DNA of 64,000 nt. It comes from Lama glama. Its lineage: Eukaryota. Where the stretch lies: the NCBI GenBank assembly GCA_028534125.1, contig CM052826.1:19530001-19594000 (forward strand), written 5' to 3'. Positions 41,901 through 52,300 of this stretch are shown one piece after another; within the stretch, counting starts at the first letter, position 1, and each line of letters opens with the position of its first letter. The translations under genes were made by a program, and so were the position numbers. The notes under the pieces are model-generated. The model made no database searches and was not told the origin of the DNA. It saw only the letters and a list, made by a program, of their open reading frames with translations.

Positions 41901-44900
41901 CGGGTAGATAATCTCCGTCCTCCAACAACCCACTTGGCCACTTCTGGCCCCTCCAGCATCTTCCTAGCTGCGCCCCTGCTCAAAGCCCCGCCTTTACCCC
42001 GCCTACTGAGCCACGCCCTTGCCTGGTAGGGGGCCTCCCACCTTTCCAAGTTAGGACCGAAGGCGCGCTTCTTTCATATGGGTAATTCCTGGAAAAGTAC
42101 CTCCTATATTTGCGACACCTCCCAGCTCCCTCCCAGAGGATGGGGACAGAGGAGGTGGGAGTTCAATCCATCCTCACTCCCTTCTTTCCATTGATGGTGA
42201 CTCCTTAGGATGGGGGCTGACTGGGTGATATCTCTGGGTCATTTGCTGCTTCAGGAATGTCCAGTGGTCTTGGTGGGGTGGAGGGGTTTCCATGGCTGGC
42301 CCCGGCAGGCCCTGGGCCCAAAGGGTTTCTCCCTACCTTTTTCCTTCCACCAGGAGGAGAAACCCTTGGGGCCCAGCCCGAACATGCCGGCCACTGCAGA
42401 GCCCAGCTCCAGTGAGACCGACAAGGAGGTGGTATCCCCAGTTGTGGCTGCTGTAGCCACCTCCTCTTCCATGGGGGAGGAGCCAGGCTCAGACCGGGCA
42501 GCCACACCCCCGGTGTGGGAACGTGGAGGGCCTGGAGGGACCCAGCAGGGTGCCTCTCCAGCCCCAGACAGTGGCCATCCTGGCTCTGGACCCAGCCTTG
42601 GCCTGACCAGCACAGTCTCCGGGACCAGCGAAGACCTGCGGCCTCCCAGACGACGCCCACCACCAGGTGACCTGTGATGGGGCCTTCTGGGGGAGCACAG
42701 GCCCTGGAACAATAGAAGTGAAGAATATAGAGTATCTCCAAACTTGGGACCCATCTAGAGGGAATCACCACTTACTGAGCACCAAATGTATGCCAGGCTG
42801 TGGTTACAGTGAAGAACCAGGCCAACTCTGCCCCTACCCTCTGGTGGGGGAGGCAGAGGGTAAAGGCCCCAGTAGGAAACCATAGGGTAATTCCAGCCCC
42901 ATATATGTCTCTCTGGGGCAGAGTCCTGGACAGTATGGGTGGAGAAGGGACAGTGACCCCCCCCCCTTCTGTGAATCCTGCAGGGAAGCAGATACCCTGT
43001 TCCAGCCCTGGCTGCTGCCTCAGTTTCCCCAGCGTTCGAGACCTGGCACAGCATCTGCGTACCCACTGCCCACCTACACAGTCCCTGGAAGGTAGGGCCA
43101 GGGTAGGTGGTCAGGGTGGGAGGCAGGTTAGAGTGGGAGGCAGGCAGAGCCTCCAGGCCAGTCTTTGCCACCCCCTCCACTCCTCTGTCCTTCATCCCTG
43201 CTCTGCCAGGCAAACTCTTCCGCTGTTCGGCCCTGAGCTGCACCGAGACTTTCCCCAGCATGCAGGAACTGGTGGCACACGGCAAGCTGCACTACAAACC
43301 CAATCGCTACTTCAAGTGAGACCCCGTCCACCCCGCCCTCTGCTGGTGCTTGGTAACCAGACTCCAGGCAGCTCCCCCCACCACTGATTTTACAGTCACT
43401 ATCTGGGGTCCGGGCTTTTCTCCCTAGTCAAGGGGGTTGTGTCTGGGAGTGGGCGTGACCTAGGGCAAGCCTTGCCCTTAGCTGCCCGGAAGAGAGACTG
43501 GTTGCTAGAGCAAGTTCCGGGGACCCGGAGGGCAGGGCTTGGAAAGGGGAGGGGCATACATGGCGTGGCTCCGCTAAGTCCCTGTGTCTTGCAAGATTAA
43601 AAACTGACCACCTAAGTCAGAATTAAGGCTTCCTTCCTCATCTTCCCGGGTCTGCGACCAGGAGGGGTCCGGAATGGTTGCGACCACAGTAGGGGGGCGT
43701 TTAGGGCAAGCTCCTCCCCCGCATGTGGGGAATCTGTTATTTGGACCCAGGCACCCTTACCACCCTCGAGCAGCGGCTACCCAGGTTACAATGGATAGGC
43801 CCCTTCCTTGCACCCTAGGAGACCCAGCCTAGCCCTGTGCTGCCCCCAGGTGCGAGAACTGCCTCCTGCGCTTCCGCACTCACCGCTCGCTCTTCAAACA
43901 TCTGCATGTTTGCGCTGAGCATGCGCAGAGCCCAGCCCCACCGCCACCCCCCGCCCTCGACAAGGAGCCACCGGCGCCCGATCGCCCACCGGAGTCCGAC
44001 CCTGCGTCGGCGCCGGGCCTGTCGTTTCCGCTGCTCGAGCCGTTCACGACTCCTGCTCCTGCCCCCACCGGGCCCTTCCTGCCCTACTTGAACCCCGCGT
44101 CCTTTGGCCTAAGCCCCCCACGCCTGCGCCCCTTCCTGGCCGCCGCTCCCGTGCCGCCCGCCTCCAGCGCTGCGGTCTGGAAAAAGAGCCACGGTGAGTG
44201 TGGGGGCAGGGCCGCCTGAAGAGTGGGCGGGGCTCAGTCTGACTTATGACCTTGACCCGCCTATTTACCGCAGGTGCAGGCGGCAGCCCGCGAAGACCCC
44301 AGGGCGGCTCCGACGCGCCTTCAGGTGCGTTCAGGTGACCACCAGGGAGGGTGGAGGGGATTTCTTTCCTGCGCCCTGCGGGGCCCAGAGGATGCGGGGA
44401 GGCAGCAGTGCCCACTCCCTTCCCAGGTGGCCAGAAATGTCACCCCCGAAATACAGGATTTTGCCTTAAAAGTTACTGGCCCCTGCTCCTTCATCTGCGC
44501 CGGCGTTTCCGTGAAAAACTCGCGCCCGGTTCCCGAGTCCCTCCCCTATGGTGGTTCAGGGGATGGGAAAGGGGAACGCGGATAAGTCATGTTTAGTGCC
44601 CTCCAATACAGGGGGAAATCAGCCAGGCCAGACCCTCGGCGTCCGCGAGCTGATGGGGAGGCGGGGAAAGGTCTGACCGCCCTCGCGCACGTCCACCGTC
44701 CTCGGGGGTGGATGGGTCCTCAGGGCTGAGGTCNNNNNNNNNNNNNNNNNNNNNNNNNNNNNNNNNNNNNNNNNNNNNNNNNNNNNNNNNNNNNNNNNNN
44801 NNNNNNNNNNNNNNNNNNNNNNNNNNNNNNNNNNNNNNNNNNNNNNNNNNNNNNNNNNNNNNNNNNNNNNNNNGACCACCGCCCCATCGCCCCCTCGACC

Positions 44901-45104
44901 CCGGCGCCCGGGCAGCCGCGCCCCGACGCGCCGGCGGGTAAGGCCCGGGAGCGCGCCGGCGGGGAGGGCAGGGGCCCAGAGGCGAGGGGCGGGGCCGAGG
45001 CTCAGGCGCCCCCTCCTCTGCCCCACCCAGACCTCGTCCCGCTGGCACCCCAGATGTCGCAGCTGCTGTCAGAGGGGGAGTGTCCGGTTTTCTCGCCGCT
45101 CTGA
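41633..45104 (+). CDS. ZNF414: Zinc finger protein 414 (C2H2)
   Basis: Exons 41633-41635 (ATG), 42354-42666, 42984-43091, 43210-43315, 43850-44193, then 44274-44338 for the short isoform (TGA, 312 aa). The long isoform uses 44274-44324, an exon partly in gap 44734-44873 that ends at 44937, and 45031-45104 (...EGECPVFSPL*). Fingers: CSSPGC..HLRTH, CSALSC..HGKLH, CENC..HLHVC. AATAAA at 45193-45198. Confidence 0.95.
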
Positions 45105-45603
45105 ACCCAGCCGCGTTGGTGGGGGTGGGAATGTGGGGTGTGGGTAGTTTTGTAATTTTAGGGGGGTCTCAGATGGTCGGAGTGGGGTACACAATAAAGG
45201 AGGCAGATGAGCCAGCCGGTGCTGTGTCTGCGTCCCTCGCCCCTCCAGTGCACAGTGAGAAGGCCAATCTGGCACTCCTGGGGCACTCCCACTGGGGGAG
45301 GGGAAAGGCCTCCCTCACAGCCCACCAGTGTCCCATGCACATCCCCTGTCACCTGAATGCTAGAACAGCTGTAGGTGGCCCTTTGTCCTGTCCCACCACT
45401 TTCAGAAGCCAGATAAGATGGAAGTTTTCCTGGTTTATTTAAAAAGCCCCAGGAGTTGGGAGCTGGCCCTGTTGGAGCACACTGCTCCCCTATCCTGAGG
45501 CCAGTGCTGACCCTCAAGGAGGTGACAGGGTGGGAGGCAGTCCTAGCAGTGGAAGGGCAGTGCCAGGGCCCCCAGGGCTGGGCACTCCGTGGCAGGCTGG
45601 TGT

Positions 45604-47994
45604 TCAGGCTGCATCGTCATCCTCCTATCTGACCTCTGGACTCTGTCTTCGGCTGCCCACTTCCCCTTCTCCCCCTGCCCCAGCTCTGAGGAGGAGGGTG
45701 GGTCAAGGCCAGCCCTGGAGAGCCTGGGACCCTCCCGCCTCACCTTTCCCCCATATACATCCTCTTCCTTTCCTTTGTGGGAAGTCAAACTTGGGCCAGG
45801 GTTCAAAATCTGGTGCCACACTGCTGTCACCAGAACCCGTGGGTCAGCCCAGCTGGGTACGGAAATTATTGGCAGCCACACTTCAGAGTTGGGTTTTACC
45901 TCCTGCATCTTGCTCCTCTCCAGCCCTGTGGTCCCCTAGCCCAGGCCTCTAACCTCTCCCCTGCCCAGAGCACCAGAGGCAACCCCTCCTGCCTTCCCTC
46001 CCAGCCTGAACGCCCCTGGAAACAGGGGTCTCCTCTGATTGTGCCCCTCCCCTGCCCAGTACCCTTCAATAGCTCCCCATAGCTCTCTGGATGAAGATCC
46101 TATTGTCCTAGTAGCCCGCAAGGCCCCATCTTAAACCTCTGTACCTCCTCCTAGGGCCATACTCACCACTTCCCTCTCTCCATCCGGTGAGCAAAAACCC
46201 CAGGACCAGGTCCCCAGCCCCACAGAACCCTGTTTCACTCCTTACCTCCAGTCCAGCTTCTGAGTCCTCATCAGAGTTGTCCTCTGTCACCTCTTCCTCA
46301 GTATCTGCAGCCAACAAGACACGCGTCACCCCTTGGGCGGAGTCCCCAGGCAGCTCCCTCAATCGCCACCCTCCCATCTTCTTCCTGCTCCCCTCATCAC
46401 CCCGACCAGTCCTCCTTGGAATCTTCGTTCCCCAGCGTGTTGGGCTCAGAGCTGGGCAGTCCCCAGCATCGAAGCCATCCAGGTAGCCGAGCTGGGGTAA
46501 TGGCTCAAACACCTGTGCAGCTAGTCCCACTAGTGCAGCTGCTGTGTCTCCTTGAAGTCGAACAGTTCCAGGTTCCGAAGGCCCTGCAGTTTCTCCTGGG
46601 AAGGGCAGTAAGGGAGATTGGGGCACCCGTAGGACCTGGCCCACCTGGACCCCACTGCCTGCGGCCTCACAAGGGGCCTCAGGGCTTCAGTGTCCTGGAT
46701 GGGGTCACAGCTGAGGCTCAGGTGGCCCAGGCTGGGTGTCCACTCCTCCAGCACCTCCAGGCCCCAACTCAGGCGGCTGTCACTCAGCACCAACTGTGGG
46801 GCATTCCCAGATGGGCCATGAGGGCACCCTGGGGCTCCAGGGCCTCCTGAGCTCCCCCTTCTCAGCCAGAAGCTTTGGAACCACCACTCTGTGATTGCGG
46901 GAGAGTTGAAACCTCTCTGCATCTCATTTTCCTAGTCCTTAAAATGGGTGTCAGGATGCTTGCCCTTTGGAGTTCTTGTGAGGATTCAGAGGGGAGGCGG
47001 CTTGGGAAATGTTTGCAAGTGGTTCCCAGCCCTCCTGCCACCAAGCCTGTGGCTGCCTGGGACCCTCGCAAGAACGTGGGGAGGAGGTAGGTCCAGGGGC
47101 CCCTTTTTACAGACAGAGAAGGTGAGGCCAGGAGGTATACTATGCACCCTGACTCTAGCCAGGCCCAGTTCCAAGTTACTCTGATTCTACACCACCCAGG
47201 AAGCTGGGCAGTTACCACTGATGAGAAAAGCCAGGCAGTGAGGCCCAAAGGGCACTGTCCCCTTTTCCTGCACTCCCAAGGCCCCAGACACCCTGGGAAA
47301 TATGCCCCTAAGCCCACCCTTCCATGCATCTCCAGGGACAAGGCTTGGTGTTCCATCTCCAGGGCACCAGAGTCCCGCAACCCCCAGTTTTCCCCATCAA
47401 GCCCCCTCATTCAGCCACCTCCACATCCAGACAGTGCCACTTCCTAGTCTGTCAGGATCTTTCCAGAGAAACCCAGAACCACCATCTTTCTTGGCCCAGA
47501 TACCTCCCCCGAATCCCATCACCCATGTAGACACAACAGCCCCTTCCATGGGTCCACAGTCCCTCCCAATCCCTGCACTGCCCTCTGGAGCAAGCTGAAG
47601 TTGCCCTGAGACCTAGGGTATTGGGTCACTCCAAAAACTGCCTCCTGTCCTCACCCACTCCCAAGTCACATCCAACCTTTGCTTGCCTGGGAAGCCTTAC
47701 TGCTCCCAGTGCCCTTTCTGGGCTCCTGCAGCCCCTGACTTCCCTCTGGTCAACCAGGCTGTGACCCCACATGGGTACCCCCCCTCCCACCCCCAGCTCC
47801 GGGATGCCTGAAAGCAGTGTCCTTTCTTGGCTCAGCCCAGCAGAGGGCGCACAGGAGTGTCAGTCTGAAGGGAGAGTGAACAAGGGCCCAGGCGTCCACA
47901 CAGACACCAAGCCGGGCAGGTTGGCCAGGGAGTGCAGGTTCACGTTGTCCATGCTCCAGGACACAGACCTGCCATCCCCTGCCTCCCAGGACTC
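45604..47994 (-). pseudogene. Unprocessed (intron-containing) ANP32-family pseudogene, avian-ANP32B/ANP32C-like
   Basis: Exon 2 remnant 47908-47994 (SMDNVNLHSLANLPGL). Exon 3 46671-46793, 123 nt, cag|...|gtgag (LVLSDSRLSWGLEVLEEWTPSLGHLSLSCDPIQDTEALRPL). Exon 4 from 46595 (EKLQGLRNLELFDF, stop and frameshift, then QVFEPLPQLGYLDGFDAGD). Acidic exon 46246-46304 (DTEEEVTEDNSDEDSEAGLE). Last exon from 45685 (GQGEKGKW, with EDDDAA* in a shifted frame). Minus-strand AATAAA at 45434-45439. Confidence 0.88.
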
Positions 47995-48234
47995 CTGTTC
48001 AGAGGGGGATTCACATTTGAGAAAGTGGCCCAGGGTGCATGTCTGTCCATGCTGGGACTGGGACGCACAGGCACGGACTCCCAAATTTCCAAGCTGTGCT
48101 GTAAAGGGGACATACAGGCAGAGTCATTTCCGACTGCTGCCTGTGGCCTTCCTGGCAGAGGCGAATGTAGGGTTCCTGCTGGGAATGCAATGCCCAGCCT
48201 CCTTCCCCGTCTCATCTAGATCTTTCTGGAAACC

Positions 48235-48520
48235 ACCTTGCTACTCGAGGGTACTCTAGGTATGATCCTTGGACCAGTAGAACGTGCATCACCTGGGACG
48301 TTTCAGAATCTGAGGCTCCACCATAGACCTGAGGCACAACCTACACTTTAAGGGGGTCTCAGGGTGATTTGTGGGCACCAGTGCCTCTCAGCTAAATCAG
48401 AATCACCCTGAGGGTGTGAAAGAAATCCCCAGGCTCAGGCCACACCCCAGACCAATTAAGTCAGAATCTTTTTCTAAACTCATCGAGGGATTCAGACGCA
48501 GAGCCAAACGGAGAATCAGG
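48235..48520. mobile_element. MER5-like hAT MITE remnants
   Basis: 'ggaccagtagaacgtgcatcacctggga', 'cagaatcaccctgaggg...caggccacaccccagaccaattaagtcagaatct'. Confidence 0.6.
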
Positions 48521-49399
48521 GCTCTGCACTCTCCCTTCATCTGGGAGCCCGAGATCACTGACCTCCTGGGGACTGAGCCCTGTGGTCAGGGTCAGGGCTC
48601 GCCCTTGTCTGGCCTGGCCTCACATCTTCACAGCGCTGGTCTTGGCCACCACCTTCAGTCCCTCTTCTCTGGCCTTCCAGGTGTCCCGATTTTCCTCCCT
48701 CCTTTGTCCTCTGGGAGCCTGGGGTGTCCTCAGTCTCCCTCCCTCCCTGGGGGACAAGGCCTTGGACACTACCCACCCACCCTCCACCAAATCGGCCATC
48801 CCAGCCGGGCGCACAGCCCATGATATATCTGCCCCTGTAACAGGGAAGTCCTGCTCAGAGCTTGGAATCAAACTGCAGGGAAGTGTTGAAATGAGGAAGG
48901 TGGGTGAGCCAAGAGCCAGCAGAAGGGCCTTCCTTACCTATCACATTTACTCAACTCCTGGGTCTCCTGGCCCAGAGCCATGCTCTGTCCCCACTGAAAA
49001 TTCCCCCTCCTGTGGAGGCCCTGGCTAGAGTTGGCCTTGGCCTGCCTCTGTTGGCAGGAGGTCCTCAGGGGCTGGCCCGAGGCCTCCCTGGAGTCCAAGG
49101 CCAGCACACAGCAGGGCAGGGGCTGGGAGTGAGGGGGACAGTAGCAGAGTCCAGAAACTAGTGCTGACATCCGAGGCACAAAGCACAGATGGGGCGACTG
49201 GCAGGACAGGAACTGAAGCGCCTGACAGGATCTGAGGACAGGCTGGGGCCGTCCCCACCTCCTTTCCTTCCTCCTCTGCCCTCCCTGCTGCACGGCCAGC
49301 AGACCCCACCCTGTGGAGCAGAAGCCACAGTCACTTCCTGAAGGCAGCAGCCCTGGCTCGGGTCCCACTCGGCCCTTGGCCCATCACCCGCCTGCAGCC

Positions 49400-52300
49400 A
49401 TGGTGAGTGAGTCCCCGAGTTCTGGGAGAGGCCTCCACTGGCCCGAGGCAAGGGATGCCAGAGGTGGAAATTGGAGGGCATACTCCAAAAGTGGAGCAAG
49501 TGGAAGAGGGGCAGGAAAGCTGTCTGGCACCGACACAAAGGCCCAGAGGCACCTGGGCCAGGACACACCTCGAGGACAGCTCGGGCTCCAAGGGGCCAGT
49601 GGCCGGCTGAGGCTGTGACTATAAGCGGGACAGGTGGGAATACCCAGATGCCTCCCCTCCCCCAGGTCAGCCTGAACAGCAACCTGGTAACAGGCAGCCA
49701 GGGTGAGCAGCAGGGGCTTCCTGTGGGTGCCAAAGTAGGTCATGCACCTGCTGCCTGCTCCCGACCCCAGTGGTTCCGAAAGGCATGACCTGCTGACCCT
49801 GAGCTGTCTGGCCCTGTGGGTCACCCCGGGGCCGCTGCCCCAACCCACCCGATGGAGGGGCTTTCACAGAAGTGTTTCAGGCCCCAGGCAGGAATCGCCA
49901 CCTTTCTTGTTCTCCGGATGGCGGGGAGAGTGAGGCACAGAGAGAGGCAAAGTCCATGAGGTCCTGCCCTTCCCCTCCCCCAGCCTCCTAGACCCCAAGG
50001 GAAGCCAGGCTTGGGGACCTGTGGCAGGGCCACCTCTGGGGTAATCTGTCGGTCAGAGCAGGCCTGACTTGCACGTCTCCTGTGTCTGTGACCGATGGTG
50101 GCCTGGGGCCAGTCAAGACGGTACCGGGATGGACTGTGTGTGCTTCAGATGGTGCGTGTGCCTGGCCAAGGTTGTGCTTGGGAGCCTGCCTGCCTGTCCT
50201 CGTGGGCAGCCGTGAATGTCATCCGGGTGTCTGGGACTGTGAAACCCTGGCACCCACATATGCCTCCAGGTCTCTGTCTTCTCCGTCTGTGTTTCTGTCT
50301 ACATGAGACTATGACAGTCAGACTGGATGCGACTGAGTATACACCTGTCTTTGTGCCTGGTATATTCTTTAGTTCAACAAATGTTTACTGAGCATCTACG
50401 GCGTGCCAGGCCCTGGGAGGACAGCAATGCATGGGGCTGGGGGAAGGGGCAGTAGAGAGACCCCCAAAACCCAAAACAAAACCATCAAGACACATTTACA
50501 AAACAGTATTAAGGAAAATCATTTGTGTGATACAGGGTGGCAGGTACTGAGAGAAAAATCATGCAGGTAGGGGAGGATGGAGCATACGGGAAGAGGGGTG
50601 GGGGTTTTGTTTTTGTTTTTTTTTAGTAATTAGGGTGGTCTGGGAGGAAGGCTTCTCTGATAAAGACTATGGGAGCAGAGACTTGGAGGAAGAGGAGAGG
50701 AGTTGGGGGAGTGTCCCAGGTAGGTCACGGGCAGAGTAAAGGTCCCTGAATTGGGGAGAGGCAGTAGCGGGGAGGGGGAGGTCGGATCTACCCCCTCAGG
50801 GCCTTCATGACTTGAGCTTTTATTGTTGGGAAATGAAAGAACACTGCCAGATTTTGAGTGGAGGGGCACCATCCAACTCCGAGCTAACAGATCTCTGGCT
50901 GCTGTGAGGGGACAGACCAGGGATCAGGGTGCAGGATGCAGGGGCAAGAGACCCTGGAGGAGCCTTTTACAATCCAGGCAACAGGGGACGAGCCCCTTTG
51001 GCCCAGGACAGTGGTGCAGGAGGGGCTGGAGGATGTTGGAAGGCACCACTGACTGAGGGGTAGGCCAGGTCCTGAGGGGGCGGGTGAGGTTGGGTGAGTC
51101 CAGGCCTAAGCAGGGAGGTCAGAAGGGTGTAATAGTTTACGGGAGCCTGGGACTCATGGGGAGGCTGGGAGTCTTTGGCCAACAGAGAAGAGGGCCAAGG
51201 GCAGAGGCGAGAGAGAGGGTGGGGAAGAGGAGCTCACAGAACGGGAGCTAGGAGAAGCGGGCTATGTGTCTGTGACTGTGTTCGTGTCCCGTGGCCATCT
51301 CTCCAGGACCGCTGTGTGTATGTCCCTGCCTTACTGACTCTGTGTCCCCTAGGGGAGTCATCAGGACTTTCGGAGCCTTCAAGCAAAGTTCCAGGCCTCT
51401 CAGCCTGAGACCAGCGAACTCCCCAAAAAACCCCCGAAGCCCGAGTTCAGCAAACTCAAGAAGTTTCCACAGCCTGGGCTAAGTGAGCACCCCAAGAAGC
51501 CCCCGCAGCCTGAGGTCACCGACCTGCCCAAGAAGCCCTCCAAGCTCGAGCTCAGTGAACTCTGCAGGAAGGCCCCGCAGCTCGAGGCCACTCGGATCCC
51601 CAGGAAGCCCTCGCAGCCTGAGGTCGGCGAGGCCCCTCCGACGGCCTCGCAGCCGGAGCCCAGCGCGCCTGACCAGAAGCCCCCACAGTCTGAGCTCGGC
51701 AACACCCCCAGGCCCTCCGTGGAGCCCAAGTTCAGTGCACGCGCCAAGAAGTTCCAGCAGCCCGAGGCCAGTGTGGCCGCCCCAAAGCCCTTGCAGCCCG
51801 AGTCCAGCACCTTTCCCAAGAAGCACCCCCAGCCTGAGTTCAGTTGGCTCCCCAAAAAGCCCCCACAGCCTCAGGCCGGTGGCCTCCCTAAGAAGTCCCT
51901 GCCGCAGCCCGAGCTCAGTGAGACCCCCGGGGCACTCCCCCCAAAGCCAGAGCCCAGTGAGCCCCACCCCTCCTCCTCACAGCCCAGCTTCAGCACCCTT
52001 CCCAAGAAGCCCCCGCAGCCTGAGTTCAGTGCAAACCTCAGAAAGCCCCCGCAGCCTCGGGTTGGTGGCTTCCCTAAGAAGTCCCTGCCACAGTCCAATT
52101 TCAGCGAGGTCCCTCAGGCACCCAACTCGAAGGCCGAGTCCAGGGACTCCTTGCAGCCTGACCTAAGTGCATTTCCCAGAAAGATCCCACAGCTTCAGCT
52201 GAATGACCTCCCCAAGCCTCTGCAGCCTGAGTTTGGTGACCTCACCAGGACGTCCTCAGAGCCTGAAGTCAACGTGTTTCCCAAGATGCCACAGCAGCCC

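Noticed and set aside
46160-46190. An extra ANP32 micro-exon (GATGGAGAGAGGGAAGTG|gtgagt)
   Set aside because: No AG acceptor, and the implied intron would be only about 60 nt, too weak to call
46108-46922. The ANP32-like region as an intact protein-coding gene or a processed retrocopy
   Set aside because: In-frame stops, a frameshift in exon 4 and a partly deleted exon 2 argue against an intact gene; retained introns at ancestral positions exclude a retrocopy
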